Shown: positions 11,093 to 25,270 of the stretch, piece after piece
Layout: every line of letters starts with the position of its first letter
How positions within the stretch are numbered: the first letter of the stretch is position 1
Assembly (NCBI GenBank): GCA_002245135.1
Contig: NGBS01000605.1
Span: 62,001-125,447, forward strand
Length of the DNA: 63,447 bases
Source: Proteromonas lacertae
Lineage: Eukaryota
Direction: 5' to 3'
Program-made: the position numbers and the translations under genes
Notes under the pieces: model-generated
Databases searched by the model: none
The model's input: the letters and a program-made list of their open reading frames with translations, nothing else
Told to the model about the DNA's origin: nothing

Positions 11093-14000
11093 ATGACTCA
11101 TCTTCTCAATTTATTCAAGCATAAGTATCTAATAGTATGGGTTTTGAAGATCATTATGTGCTATGTCATAATGTGGTTGTATCCTGCTATATTCGCTTGT
11201 TCATGGCAAAGTATTAAAACTGTTTCTTATATAATGATGTCTATCGTTCATACTGTATTTATGTTGTATTTAACATCTAGATTCTATTTATTATATTTTT
11301 TTCAGAACAGATTCTGTATCGAAAATTCAAAAGAGCTAATATAAAGTATGAAGATGACACATCTGAAATTAATTTAATCCCTTATGGATATAGAACAAAG
11401 AGAGGTTTCATTATATCCAGTCTAATAAGCTTTTTGGCAGCATTTCCTTGGCCAATAATATGTGAATTGAATGAATCAACAGATTTTAGAATAGTAGCGT
11501 TCATTCCATTATTTTTATATTTATTCAACCTTTTTCCTACATATTCAATATCTATTGATTATGCCGTCCACCACAAATTATTACAGCTTATTTTTATTCC
11601 TAGAATTATACTGTTATTTGCGGCATTTGTTACAGCAATGCACATTTGGGCATGTATATTTTTGTGGACATCTCTCAATACAACCTTAGGAATGGAAGGA
11701 GGTTGGGTAATATTGGATAATGTAGCTAAATTTGATGATAATAATAATTTAATCCTACCACATGGGATATTTAGAGCATATCTAAGAGCTTTATACACTA
11801 CATCCACAAACATGGTACCAGCAGGTTTTGGAGATATAGTACCACAAAATATCAAAGAAACAGTTGTATTTATCCTATTTGTATATACAGGATATTACTT
11901 CCAAGTTATTGTCTTATCAAATATCAAAAATTTTGTAGCAGAAATGACATCTGATTCTATGAACCATGAACAGGAGTTAGATAATATCACACAGTATTTA
12001 AAATACAGAAGTATTCCACACGATCTACAGAAGAGAGTGAGAGCTTTTTATGATTATATGTTTCACTTATTAGAAGGTTTAGATGAAGAAAGTTTTATTG
12101 ATGAATTGCCACCTTCATTAAAATCGCAAGTGGCAGGTGAAATATCAGGTACTTTGGTAAGAAAAATCCCATTCTTAAGATCTTTAGATCCTACTGTAGT
12201 AAATGCAATAGTTATTAAATTAAAGAATAATGTTTATAGTCCTGGAGATTTGATTGTTCCACGAGGTAAAACCATGAAAACTGCCTTGTTATTTTCAAGA
12301 GGAGAAATTGATATTTATGATAGAAGTGGTAAAGTAAAGCAAACAAAAAACTGTGATCAAGGACATATTGAATATGAAACATCTTGTATAACTCCAGTAG
12401 AAGCTACAGATGATATAAGAGCGAAGAGTTATTGCGAAGTATATGAATTAGATCAAGATGAATTATTGAAAATAATAAAGAATTATATTCCTGATGAGTT
12501 AGAGAAGATAAAAAGTTCAGCTGAAAATAGTGCAAAATCAAGACAAAAGGCGATGAAAATGTTAGGTAATAGTGAAGATGAAAATAAAAAATCATATACA
12601 GGATGGAGAACTATTTTTTTACCAAATTCAACATTTAGATTATATTGGGGATGTATATTAGCATTTTGTACCACTTATGTTATATTGGTTGTACCATATT
12701 CATTCAGTTATTATTACTGGAAAAGTACTTCATTTTATATAGCAATAATTGTGATGAATTGTATTGCAGATTTGTTTTTTATAGTTGATGTGTTTTTAAG
12801 AATGAAATATTTTGCATATTCTGATAATGGTATTGCCGTTTGTAATAAAATACAAATATGGCAACATTATAAGAATCAACATCCTGTTATTGATATATTA
12901 GCTGGTATTCCATTTGAATATTTGTTATGTATTTATGATGTCAATTCATTCAATTTTGCTAGAGTATTTAAGTTATTAAGATGTGTATATTATGGTCGTC
13001 AAATTGGTGCTGTTATGGAGTTATTAAGAAATCATGGAATTCATATGTCTATATTAGTTAGTGAATTATTTAAATGGTTATTTGCTGTATATGTTGTAGC
13101 ACATTATCTCGGAACAATCTTCTATTTAGTTGGATTGTATAGAATGCATAATTATTCACCATTACCATTTACAGATGATTGGATAACGAGTGATAATATG
13201 GATGACACATTGAATGTACATCATGATAAATGGAATGGTTGGGCTGGTTATTTGCGATGTGTTTATTGGGCAATTGTTTCTACTACTTCTATTGGTTATG
13301 GTGATATTAAACCCAAGCATACAAGTGTCATTGAAACAATCTACGTATCAATTGCTGTGGTATTAGGTGGAATTGGATATCCTGTTTTACTAGGTTCTTT
13401 AGCATCTGTATTACAACAATTTGGACAGAAAGTGAGAGATTTTAAACAACATATGACTGATTTGAGATTATACTTTGAACAAAATAAAATTGATAAAAAG
13501 ATTAGTGATAGATCAATTGAATATTGTGATTATATATGGAGTAGACAACATGGTATTGATGAAAATGGAATTTTAAGTTCATTACCTTTACCATTAAGAA
13601 CACAAATAGCAGATCATATCTTACATCAACATGTAAATGATATTCCCTTTTTACAATTCATTGAACCACAAGTAATGCATGAATTATATGGTATATTTGA
13701 ACCAATGATATTCTTGCCTAATGATACTATTATATTACCTGGTACTGTCGGCAGTGGTATGTTTATGATTGAAAGAGGTGTTGTAAGATTAACAGCAGAA
13801 GATGGAACTGCATTAGCATTCTTATCTTCACCTCAATTTGTAGGTAGTGGTGCTTTAATTAATAAAAAGACAAAATTTGGTTATTATGCTGAAGGTTATT
13901 GTGATGGATTTTTATTACCTCGAAATGGTACTTTAGATATTTTAGATGATTTTCCAGAAGCTTCTCAACAGTTAAAAGCTGATATTTTAGAGTATGAAAC

Positions 14001-17000
14001 ATCCAATGATAGGTTTTACAACAATATCACTGAGAATTTAAAGACTAAAAGTAAATTGAATAAAGCAACAGGTGGTAAATTAGAGAGTAATGTAAAAGTG
14101 ATTAGTTTAAAGTCAATTCGTCATCCAGATTCAACAGCAAGAAGAGTTTGGTATATTATTGTGTATATTTGTATGTTATATTTGATGATTATTGATCCAT
14201 TAAGAGTTGTAGTCACTTTAAATGAGATGGTTCAATTCTTTTTACCTGATTGGATTTGCTATGTTATATTATTGGTAGATTTTTATTTACATTTAAATTA
14301 CTTTGGTTTTATGTATGAAGGTTCAATTCATTGTGATAAAATGGAAATTAGAAAACATTACACTCATTCATTCCCTTTTTATATTCATCTAATAGCTACA
14401 ATTCCTTGGGAAGTATTTGCTTATTTTGCATTTCTGAATCATTCTCAAGATGATGCATTACAAATAATATCTTATGTTAGAATAGTTAAAGTATTGTATT
14501 GTCTTATATATAGTGATTATTATGCATCATTAACACGTTTCTTAGAAGATTATCCATCCATTTCAAAGAATATTCCAAGAGCTTTTAGTTTACTTATTAC
14601 CATTTTATTAACTTCACACTTTTATGGTGCTGTATATTTATATTTAGGAAGGTATAATAATGATGGTGAATATCCAGTTAAAAAGTGTGAAAAATTATAT
14701 GATAAATATAATACAACAATAGTTAAACTTGGTATGAATGATTATGGAAGATGTTTGTTTGATAATACATGGATACAGAAACAAATAGAATGGAATTTAT
14801 TACCCAAAAATGGAGGTAGAGAATTTTCACAATATATGAGAGCCATTTATTTCTGTTCAACCACTCTATTAACTGCAGATATTGGAGATGGAATACCAAT
14901 CACAGATATAGAGACTGTATTTACAATAGTACTTATGATTGGAGGTATTTTGATTAGTTCTATAATTATTGGTGAAATTGCAGATATGGCTGTAAGTACT
15001 GCTGATGGTGATATTAAGACTAAAATGTATTATTTATACCAATATTTTGCTGTACAAAAAGTACCTTATGAATTAACCATTTTAGCACAAAATTTTGTTT
15101 ATAATTTCTTAGAAAATCGTAAAGGTACTGGTGAAGAACCATTGATAAGTGATTTGCCTGAAACTTTAAAACATGAAATATCAATGCATTATAAAAGAGA
15201 TTTTATTGTGAATTGTTGTTTATTTGAAAACATAGAAACTGATATTCAAGAAGAAATAGCTACTGCATTGAAATATAGAATATATAACCCAGAAGATGTT
15301 ATTTATAGAAGTGATAATCCAACAAGTGAATTGTATTTCATTAAATCTGGTAGTGTTAGATTATATCATGATAAATTTGAGAGTATGGCATCTTTGGTAG
15401 TTACATTAAGTGATAATCAATTCTTCAATGAATTTGCATTCTTTTATGATCATGTTGCTCATGAAAATGCAAAATCTTTGACTTTTGTTGATTTATTATA
15501 TTTGACAAGGAGTAATTTATCAAAAATAGTAGTAAAAAGACAAATTAATCCAAATGTTTTCTTTGAAAATACTCAAACACTTGACACATTTGAAGATCCA
15601 ACAAATGTTAGTAAAATTGATAGAACTTGTGCAAATCAAGCTCTTGGAGGTGGTGATACAAAGAATAAGATGTATTTATCTGATGTTAATCCACAAACAA
15701 CAAATTATTTGTATTTTCCACCAACATCAAAGTTTGTTATTTTATGGAAATCTGTAGGATCTTTTATGTTATTATATTACTTATTTACACTTCCATTTCT
15801 ATTAGCATTTTTTGTAGAAAGATTTTTAGATACAGATAAATATTACATCTCATTTGTCGTAGTTGATGCAATTGTTTATACATATTTTCTACTGGATAGT
15901 ATTCTCAATGCAAAATACTTTGCGTTTATGTGGGAAGGTGTATTAGTTACATCACAGAAAGACATATGGAAGCATTATAAGAAAACACGATTAGTTTATG
16001 ATATAATCACATTGTTGCCATTAGGAATTGTTGGTTGGTTTAGTCGTCCAATGTTTCCTTATATGAGATTAATCCATTATTTGAGATTATATGATTTACC
16101 ATCTTATACGAAAGTATTGACACATTTAATTGCTAATATTACAGGAATATCTGATGGTTTAATGCGAATGATTTCTATTTTGTTAATACATATCGCTGTA
16201 TCACATTATGGATCTTGCATTTGGTTCTTTATACATAGATATATTGAAAGATCAGTTGAATTGACTTGGGCAAATGTTGATAAATTAGCAACGTATGATC
16301 CTGTAGCTGGAGAGCATAATGTATTAGATGAAGAAATCTCATTGTTTTATGTTTACGTTAGAGGTATTCATTTTGTTCTAAGTGTAATATCTTCAGTTGG
16401 TATTGGTGATATTAGACCATATAATGATTTAGAAGTGTTTTGGAGTATTGTTATTTCGATTATTTGCTCTTATCTTGTCGCTATTAATACTGGTGCTGTT
16501 TGTGGTTATTTTATGATGGTTGATGCTCAAGGTGAACAAGCATTTTTAAAGAAAATGAGTATAATAAAGAAGTATATGGTAAAAAAACATTTTAGTGAGA
16601 ATCTACAGGAATCAATTAATAATTATTTTGAAGCATCTTGGAATAATATGAAAGGTGTTTTATTCCCTGATATAATTAAAGAATTCCCTATTAGTTTACA
16701 AGAAAAGATAGCTTATCATACATATAAAGATACAATATCCAAAATAGACTTACTAAAAGATTTACCTGAAGAAATAAAACACAGAATTTCTTTGTATTTA
16801 AAAGTATATACTGTTCATGAGAATGAATTTGTATATCGTGAAGGAGAAATAAGAAATGAAATTTACTTTATAGTAAATGGAAGTTTAGTAAAAACAGGTG
16901 TTGATGGTTATAAGAATGAAATGTATGCTGGTGAATCATTTGGTTGTTTTATTAGTGATATGAAGAATATATTCCACAAATACAGTGTAAGAGCATTACA

Positions 17001-17883
17001 ACAATCCAAATTATTGACAATCGATTTAACAGATTTAGAAACAATTAGAAAAAGAAATTCAGATGCTGATACTTTTGATTTATTTAGTAACATTTCTCCA
17101 CCAAGAAAGAGATTTTCATCCAATGCAATTCCTGCCAATTCCACTGGTAAATCAATGATGGGTCAATCAATGTTAAGAAAGAGTAGTGCTGGTTCATTAA
17201 CCCAAATGTTTTATTCAAATGCTAATAATACATTTACAGTATCAATGGATCCTTTCTTCAATTTCTGTTTTAAAAGAGATGCGAAATTGAAAGGAGATAA
17301 TGTGAAACATTTGGAAGATTTGAAAGAAGAAGATGATGAAGAAGAGAAAAGTCAAGATAATAATAATAATAATAACAATAAGAATGATAAGAATAACAGT
17401 AGTAATGAAATTAAAGATTTCAATAATAAAGTGAAAATGTCATTAGATGAATTAGATGGAGATACAGTTGAAGAAATAATTAAAGGAAAAGGATATTTGA
17501 AAGAAAATAATAATGAAGGATTATATACACAATCATTAGCATTCATATCTGATAAAGAAGAAACAAATGATGATATTAGAAGATCAGTTTCTTTACAAGT
17601 TACAAAGAATACGAAATTACCAACTAAAACATGTAAAAGAAGTTCTCAAGAAGATGTTTTGGTTACTCCTCCACAGATAAATAGTAGAATAATTAATACG
17701 AATGTAAATAATAATAACAATGATAATAATCTTAATACTCCGATGATATTAACACCAACAGTTTTACAACAACAGCAACAGCTAATACAACAGCAAATTA
17801 CATCGAAAAGTAATAGAAGTAGTGTATCATCTCATACAGCAGATATACCAGGTTATATTCCTGATTCGGAAGATTCTAGTTAA
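11093..17883 (+). CDS. Four-repeat (4 x 6TM-pore-C-linker-CNBD-like) cation channel, CNGK/tetraKCNG-like architecture
   Basis: ORF 11093 joins the 11434 frame through intron 11255-11280. Four pore loops (PAGFGDIVP, SIGYGDIKP, TADIGDGIP, SVGIGDIRP), each followed by a C-linker (ELPPSLK, SLPLPLR, DLPETLK, EFPISLQ) and a CNBD-like domain. Confidence 0.92.
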
Positions 17884-17989
17884 TAATTGTTATGAATAAT
17901 TATTTTTTCTTTAATTGTTTAGATAATAAATTAAAATTTTATTAGTTTTAATGTTAAAAATTGTTTCTTTTAGAAATAATAATAAATAA

Positions 17990-18651
17990 TTATTTATTAA
18001 TTAGATTAAGAATTGATTTTCTCTTATTAACTTCATTCTTCTTTTTCAAATTCATTATTTTTTGAGCTATTGTTTCATTATTAGGTGATTTATTCTCTTT
18101 ATCTACTTTTTGTTGAGATTCATCAACAATTAAACCAAATTTTACACATTCATCTTCAAATGGACTTACTTTTTCTTGATTTATCATTTTTGAATGTATT
18201 GCAGGTGTTGATGGAGATCTTCTTATATGATTGTGTGGTGATCGAAATTTGTCTTGTCTTTGTGATGAAATTAGAGGAGAATCTGTTATTGATAAACACT
18301 AATTTCATAATATCAATAATATACTGGTGATTGTGGGGAAAAATTAAATCCAAACTCTTCACATTTCTTTGCAAAATCTGATGCAATTGATTTTGGAGGA
18401 TTTGAGTAATCAAAATTGAAATCTGTTGATTGAGGTGATGGAGTCTAGATATTATTATGGAATATATACCAAAAGGCCTAATCTTCGCTTGGATGATGAT
18501 CTATTTATTGTTTTCATTTCTAAAATAAGTAATTCTTTATCTATTAATATGTAATCATTACAACCATACTATGTATTGGAGAGAGCTCTTTTAGTTTGAT
18601 AGTCGACATTCTTTTATTCCCAATCAAAGGTGAATCACTTATTTCATTCAT
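17990..18651 (-). CDS. Hypothetical Ser/Pro-rich protein (3 introns)
   Basis: ATG 18651 (MNEISDSPLIG). Short GT-AG introns give an open frame into ORF 17990-18187. A short motif occurs twice (DFAKKCEEFGF / PFEDECVKFGL). Confidence 0.6.
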
Positions 18652-18981
18652 TTTTTGAAAATTCAAAAACTAACGACTATATTTTGTAACGAGTATTTAT
18701 TTTGAAACAACGAATAGAAGATAGAATCGATATAATATAAAGTAAAAATAAAATTTATGTTATTCAAAGAGACTTAGGCAATTTGAGAACATTTTAAAAC
18801 GAAAAGAGAAGAATGATTAATATTCTGTTATACTACGTAATCGTACTAATCTGGTATTATTAAAGAATTGTGATGTATATTTTGAATTAATGGTTATTGA
18901 GTAATCAGAAAAAACAATAAAAAGCTTGACTTGAGGTAAACGTAAATAATAATATTTTTTAAATATCATTATTGAAGTTAT

Positions 18982-20134
18982 ATGAAGACAATATCTTTAT
19001 TTTGCCTGTTTTTAGTGATATACGGTGGAACATGTCCCAATTTATGTAGTGGTCATGGTACTTGCACTCGATCTGGAACATGCAACTGTTATCCAGGATG
19101 GATTAGAGGAGATTGCTCTCAGAGTATTAGTTATATTTTTATACAGCGTAGGAACATGCCCATACGATCATCCATACAATGATCCAACAGCAAATACAAA
19201 TCCAAGTGCTAGAATAGATTTGGAGTGCTCAGGTCAAGGAATGTGTAATAGAGAATCAGGATTATGTGAATGTTATCCTGGCTATGAAGGTACTGCTTGT
19301 CAAAGAACATCTTGTCCAAATATGTGTAGTGGTCATGGTGTATGTACTGCAGTTGATAATTTAGTATTAAACGAACAAAATCATGAAAATATATACTATG
19401 AAAAAGATATTGAAGCAAAATATAAGCATTGGGATGATGATCAAAGTTATGCTTGTGTGTGTGATAAAGAATACACTGGATATGATTGTTCTAAGAGTAT
19501 ATATATAATTGTTGATTTATTATTATTAGAGAGATGTCCAGTTGGTTATATTCCATCTAGTGATTGTGATGCTCCTTCACAGACTGTTGAAACAATTACA
19601 TTTAATTCTGCACTTACTAATCCTACATTTGCTTATGCTAAATATACAGACACATTTGGTAGAGTATGGTATACATCAGCATTTAATTTATTTAATAATG
19701 ATGAATTTGAAAAAGCATTAAATAAATTACCATCTGGAACAATTGATATTGAATCAGTCCATTTTAGAGATAGTAAGAAAGTTATAGAAATTACATTTGG
19801 TAAATCACAAACTGGTAGACAAGAATTAATTGAATTAATGGGTTTAAAGAATGTTGTTGCAGATGCTCCAGGTATTAATGGATTAAGTCAAGAAGATTTA
19901 AAAAGTAAAGCTAGTGAAAATAATATATTATGTAATGGAAATGGAAATGGAGTAAATAATATTGAATATACAGATGAAAAATGTGAAGGTAATGTTGTTT
20001 CTTATGAATTTAATGACAGTATTCCACCATTACCCTGTAGTAGAAATGGAATATGTGATGGAAACACAGGTTTATGTGTATGTTTTACAGGATTCTATGG
20101 ATTAGCATGTACAGAACAAGCTGCACTTATATAA
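18982..20134 (+). CDS. Secreted EGF-like Cys-rich protein, Sig1/Ocm1 tubular-mastigoneme family
   Basis: Signal peptide [66 protein letters not shown] and C-terminal [32 protein letters not shown]. Introns 19124-19151 and probably 19497-19529. Confidence 0.8.
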
Positions 20135-20277
20135 ATATTATTATATATTATATTATTATTATAAGTATGTATTTATTTAATAAAAACCCCATATAAAAAC
20201 AAAATGAAAATAATTCTGAGAATAAAAAGCATTTGTATATAGACGATTTTAAAAAATATATATTGAAACTGTTTAGT

Positions 20278-20877
20278 TTAACATTTTTCGCTTCTCATAC
20301 CATCATTGAAGAAGTGGAAGGTTGGAATTGAACCATCAATCCATCTTAAAACAACAATTTGTTCTTGTAATGGTTTTACTGTTTCTGGATCACCTCCAGC
20401 TTCTTTACATTCTTGTTTCATTGCTTCTAATTTATGTTCTTGCACATCATAATCGATTTGACCGTGATAGAATTCACAATTTCCAAAATCTTTTAATATT
20501 TCACCAATGTATGCTTGAGCTTCAGCTTGGAATGGCTTAACACGATCTGGATTTGTTTTTTCTAATTCTTTCTTTAATTGCACTAAATATCTTTTAATCA
20601 TAGCAGTGAATGTTTTCTTATCAATGGCTGTATCTCTATCGTATTTAATTAAGCTAATTAAAAATATAAAGATGAGGTTGTATACAGATGGTCTTGTACA
20701 ATATCCCATTCAGTTTCTCCATCTTCACCATCTTCCTTTGGTACTTTTTCACCTACAACTGTAACTCTATAATTTAAAATCAAAATAAACAATATACAAA
20801 GTATCAGTTACTTTCATACTGCTGTATACATCTGATAACAATTCAGCTTCTGTAAAAATATCGTAATAGACACGCAT
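20278..20877 (-). CDS. TCTP: Translationally controlled tumour protein (TCTP) homolog
   Basis: MRVYYDIFTEAELLSDVY start, IDKKTFTAMIKRY, PDRVKPFQ, and C-terminal PTFHFFNDGMRSEKC; two introns. Confidence 0.9.
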
Positions 20878-21094
20878 GCTGTTTTATTCTTTGAAATGCA
20901 AATGCAAATTAGGTTTGAATGAGATTTGTGTGTTTTTCAGTTTTTATCATTTTTCTCATCATCTAATTGCATTCACTATATATTAATTTGTTTATTATAT
21001 TAATTATGCAATTTATGTTTTTTTAAAATTGGAATTCAAACACAAATACAGTGAATATGAAAATAACAAAATAAAATGTCTTCTATTATTACAA

Positions 21095-22955
21095 TTATAA
21101 TTCAGATTTTAATTTCACAATCGTTTCATCATTGTTTTTAATATTTTCAATAATTGATTTAATGTTGTTATTTTTAATCACATCATTATACACTTCCACT
21201 TTATTTTCATCAGTATATATTTTCTTAATTTCACTCACTACTTTCAATAAATTCATTATTCTCAAAGTCTCATTCTTTTCAAATGAATTTTCCATCAATT
21301 CTTTCACATTTTTAACAAACTCAGATTCACTTATATTTGCATTTAAATACTTACTTAACTGTGTTATAATAACAGTTACAATTGTATTGAAACTCTCTAA
21401 ACTAATCAAAACACTCAAAAACTCTTTTGATTGTATTAAATTGAAATATTCTTTATTAATTTCACCATTTAATGGATCTTTCTCCAATATCATCAATATT
21501 TCATTTGTATTTTTACTATTCTCTTCATTTATAGAAGATATTAAACCACATAACGACTTATTTTCTAATAATAACTTTCTAGTGAATGGTAAAATAGCGA
21601 TAAACTTCAAAATTAATAAACTGAAAATGTAATATTTACTATCTTTAGAAGATTCAATTAATTTATCAACAAACTTGTCATTTTTATTAATAATATTTTG
21701 AATATCTTTATCTTCAAGTATTTTCTTAAAATAACTTTCACATGTAAACAATTTAAACAATATAAATAAAGCTTGACTGTTCGAGTCATTTACATAATTA
21801 TCAATAAAAATAGACAATAATTCTGAAGTAATTAATGCAATTACTTCTTTCATATCAATAGACTCATCAGATAACAACAAAGATAACACTTTAATTCCAT
21901 TACAATTATCATTTGGAATGACTTTTATAATATTATTATAGCATTTGAATTTGATAATTATTTTTGATAATGTATTTGGTTTACAAGTTAATAAACATTC
22001 TAAAGATTGAGGAATTAATTCAGTTTTGTTTAAATCACAAAGTGCTTGTTGATAAATACTATTTTAATAATAATAATAATATATATATATATATATATAT
22101 ATATTATACAATTCCTCTGGTTCTAAATCTCTTTTATTTGTCAATATAATCTGTAACAAAACAGTCAATAATGAATGTCCTTCTTTACAATCTTTCATAT
22201 TATATAATCCAATAATTAAACCATCATAATTTATAATATCAATACTTCTAGTTACATCGTTAGAAAGTATAATTGATAGTGATTTAATAGCGATTAATCT
22301 TTGCTTATCTGTTCTATTATTCATCATATTATAACATAAGAATTCTATGAATGATTTATCACGAATGTAATTTTGTATTAAATTCCAATCGTTTAATAAT
22401 AATCCATATACTACAGATAATATGTTGTTTTCTATATTATTATTCTCATTACTTCTATTTGTGGAGGAGATTTTTACTAATAAAGAAAACCAGTTGATTG
22501 ATGTTGATGAGAATAAATACTTTACTTTTGGAATATCATTGATATAGGAGAATAATTTTAAACAGGTTGTTATTTCTTCCATATTTGACAGGTTTGACTC
22601 AACATGGTTGTATAATGAAGATAAAAATGTGGAATCTAAGAGGAGATGAATACATTCAGATGATATTTCACAATGGTTTATAATCCAACTAAATAAACTA
22701 TATTGATCTTCAGTATAGTGTTTTACCAACTTTTTCATATTCTCTTGGTCATCTATGACAATCTTTTCATTACCTATATTCCATATAATTCAATAAACAA
22801 ATATATACGATTTATCAACTCTTTAAGAATACTTTCTGAAGTAGATTTTATGATTTGAGCTATTTTCGTTCAATAAATCAGGTAATAACTTTTCTATCTC
22901 TGGACTATAAATAAATAAATCAGAAAGTATGCATTTTAAACAGTTTTAAACTCAT
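21095..22955 (-). CDS. Helical-repeat (ARM/HEAT-like) protein; N-terminal exons uncertain
   Basis: Leu/Ile-rich amphipathic helical ORFs 22064-22738 and 21095-21889 separated by a TA-repeat intron. I could not resolve the start exon cleanly. Confidence 0.55.
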
Positions 22956-23179
22956 TATTCTCTTTTAATGATTATATGGTGTATGAAAAATTAACGAAAT
23001 AATTTCCCCTATAATTTTAAAAACTATTTTTCTCGTTATAGTTATTCATATACCCAACAAAAACCATTTATACTACTCAATTACAACATTTCTAATTACT
23101 TAATATCATAGGTTCATACTGTAGATATTGAATAGGAGAATTTGTTAGATATAACTAAAATTGATACAATACATAAATT

Positions 23180-23998
23180 TCATATATTACCATTGGCAAT
23201 TAATTTTACATAATTTCTACAGAATGAACAATTCTTCCTTAAATCAAAATCATTTTCTTTGTTTATATACATATACATACACAACTTCTTAATCTTTTTA
23301 CATCTTCCACACTTCAAGTACTTTCTACCTGGTTCTCTATCATAAACTACATCAGAATCATATAACTTGTCAGCATCTGATTGTTTGATACAATTAAGAC
23401 AAAATCTTTCTCTAGATACTTTCACTGAATCTTTTAAAGGTTTAGGTAATGCTATTTTTCCTTTGTTTGCAGAACTTTGTTTCACACACCTTTTGCAAAC
23501 AAACGATGGTGATGAATATTCCAAAAAATCATTTACATCTGCTTCAACATGATGAAAATGCAGTATAAAACATGTTCCACAGATAAATTTACCTGGCTCA
23601 AGAATGTCTTGGTTTTGTTGTTCTGTATATAAGCAATATAACTTAAACAATTGCTTATTACATATACAGCACACACTATCATCGTTAATTTGTTTACATT
23701 CGAAATTTACTATAGAAATGTCACATGTTTCCTTCTTTACTGGTTGTGTTGGTAATAAGCGTTGTGGAATAGGTGATATTATATTATTTAACTCCTGATC
23801 TGTAAGGATTGTTTTTTGTGTACGCGTTTGGTAAGGCTGTGTCCGATTCGTATTGGGCATGTCTTTTGATTTCCTACTCCTTACATTTTCATGCTCACTA
23901 ATGTTGGACGTGTTTTGAGAAATGGTTTTGTCCTGGTAGGTATTCAATGCACACTCAATTAAAATATCGAGATCAGAATAACCAGCAAATGTACACAT
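23180..23998 (-). CDS. Cys-rich putative zinc-finger protein (PHD/RING-like plus further CxxC pairs)
   Basis: CCIC...CGTCFILH...CKRC, then CLNC...CGRC...CSFC in a 272 aa ORF. Confidence 0.6.
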   Translation of the reverse strand: MCTFAGYSDLDILIECALNTYQDKTISQNTSNISEHENVRSRKSKDMPNTNRTQPYQTRTQKTILTDQELNNIISPIPQRLLPTQPVKKETCDISIVNFECKQINDDSVCCICNKQLFKLYCLYTEQQNQDILEPGKFICGTCFILHFHHVEADVNDFLEYSSPSFVCKRCVKQSSANKGKIALPKPLKDSVKVSRERFCLNCIKQSDADKLYDSDVVYDREPGRKYLKCGRCKKIKKLCMYMYINKENDFDLRKNCSFCRNYVKLIANGNI

Positions 23999-24158
23999 GA
24001 TTCTGAATCTATATGGAGATGCAAAAATAAAAAATCAGATTAGTTTTCTCGAGCCGAGTTTGTACAATACTTTCAGAGCATTTTTCTCCTGTTATAATAC
24101 ATACTTTTACTTGTAACCTGCAAAGTAGCAAAATATAAAATATAATAAACATAATTTT

Positions 24159-25107
24159 TTAATGATGATGTCTACTATGTTCCCTATCCCGATCTCTCCT
24201 GTCTCTACTCCTTGATCTATGTCGTCTTTCATCTCTATCTCTTCTATCACTTCTGTCACTTCTACCATCTCTGCTTCTATATTCATCTCTTCTGTCCCTA
24301 TTATGTCTACTTCTGCTTCTGCTTCGACTTCTACTCTTGCTGTGTCTATAACTCCTTCTACCGCCATCTCTACTATGACTTCTTCTTCTTCTATCTTTCT
24401 TAGCTCTTGTTGCTCGACTTGTACTTTTACCTCCTCCTAATCGAAGTGGTAACCATCCTTTCACTGTCCTTCCTCTTTCTACATCTACAGCGATCCTTTT
24501 ACCATCAATTTTTACACCATTTGCACATTCATAGGCTTTTTTAAACTCTTCTTCGCTTGAAAATTCAACAAAAGCATAACCTTTTGGTTTATTTTCTTTA
24601 TCTTTTACTACTACAACTGAAACAACAGTTCCATATTTTGTAAAAACTTCCTTTAATTTATCTTCATCTGTTTTATAACTTAATCTATATATAAATAGGG
24701 TTTTATATGCATCACTTTTGAATGGTTGTTCTTTGGGTTTATAATTCTCAATTAGTTTTGCTAATTCTTCTTTATGTGCTTCTGCTTTTTCTCTAGCTAA
24801 TCTGTCTTTCTTCTGTTGAGTTGTTTCACCTAATATTCTATCTGGAGGTGATGTTTTCTCAAACTATGTGTATAAATAAATAAGTGATAATTATACTTCA
24901 GTAATAAAATCTGCTAAACCTGTATATGGAGGGAGTGGATGATGTTCTGGTGGTGGCATTGCATCTGGAGCTGGTCTAGATTGAAATAATACTCTTAAAT
25001 CTAATAACAATTATTATAACATAATAAATACAGGGTGGTAGAAAAATTAATGCTGGACCAGGTTCAGTTTTTCTAGTAGTATCTCTTGGACCTTTTTTGC
25101 TTAACAT
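24159..25107 (-). CDS. SNRNP70: U1 snRNP 70 kDa protein
   Basis: FLPP|.LRVLFQSRP N-terminus, AYKTLFIYRLSYKTDE, KPKGYAFVEF (RNP1), VDVERGRTVKGWLPLRLGGG, and an RS/RD tail. Confidence 0.95.
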
Positions 25108-25270
25108 GTTACCTATAATAAAGCATAGTAGATGATTATAATACAATTCTATATATCTTAATTTCAATTTTGAAATGTCAAACAAGCCAAGTTTCTTTTT
25201 AAATTCTATTTTGAATAAAACAAAAAAACAAGGTTTATAAGCTATTAAATAAATATGTATGCATAATAAT

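Noticed and set aside
24159..25107. Functional link between U1-70K and the unusual introns
   Set aside because: U1-70K belongs to the major spliceosome; proximity is uninformative.
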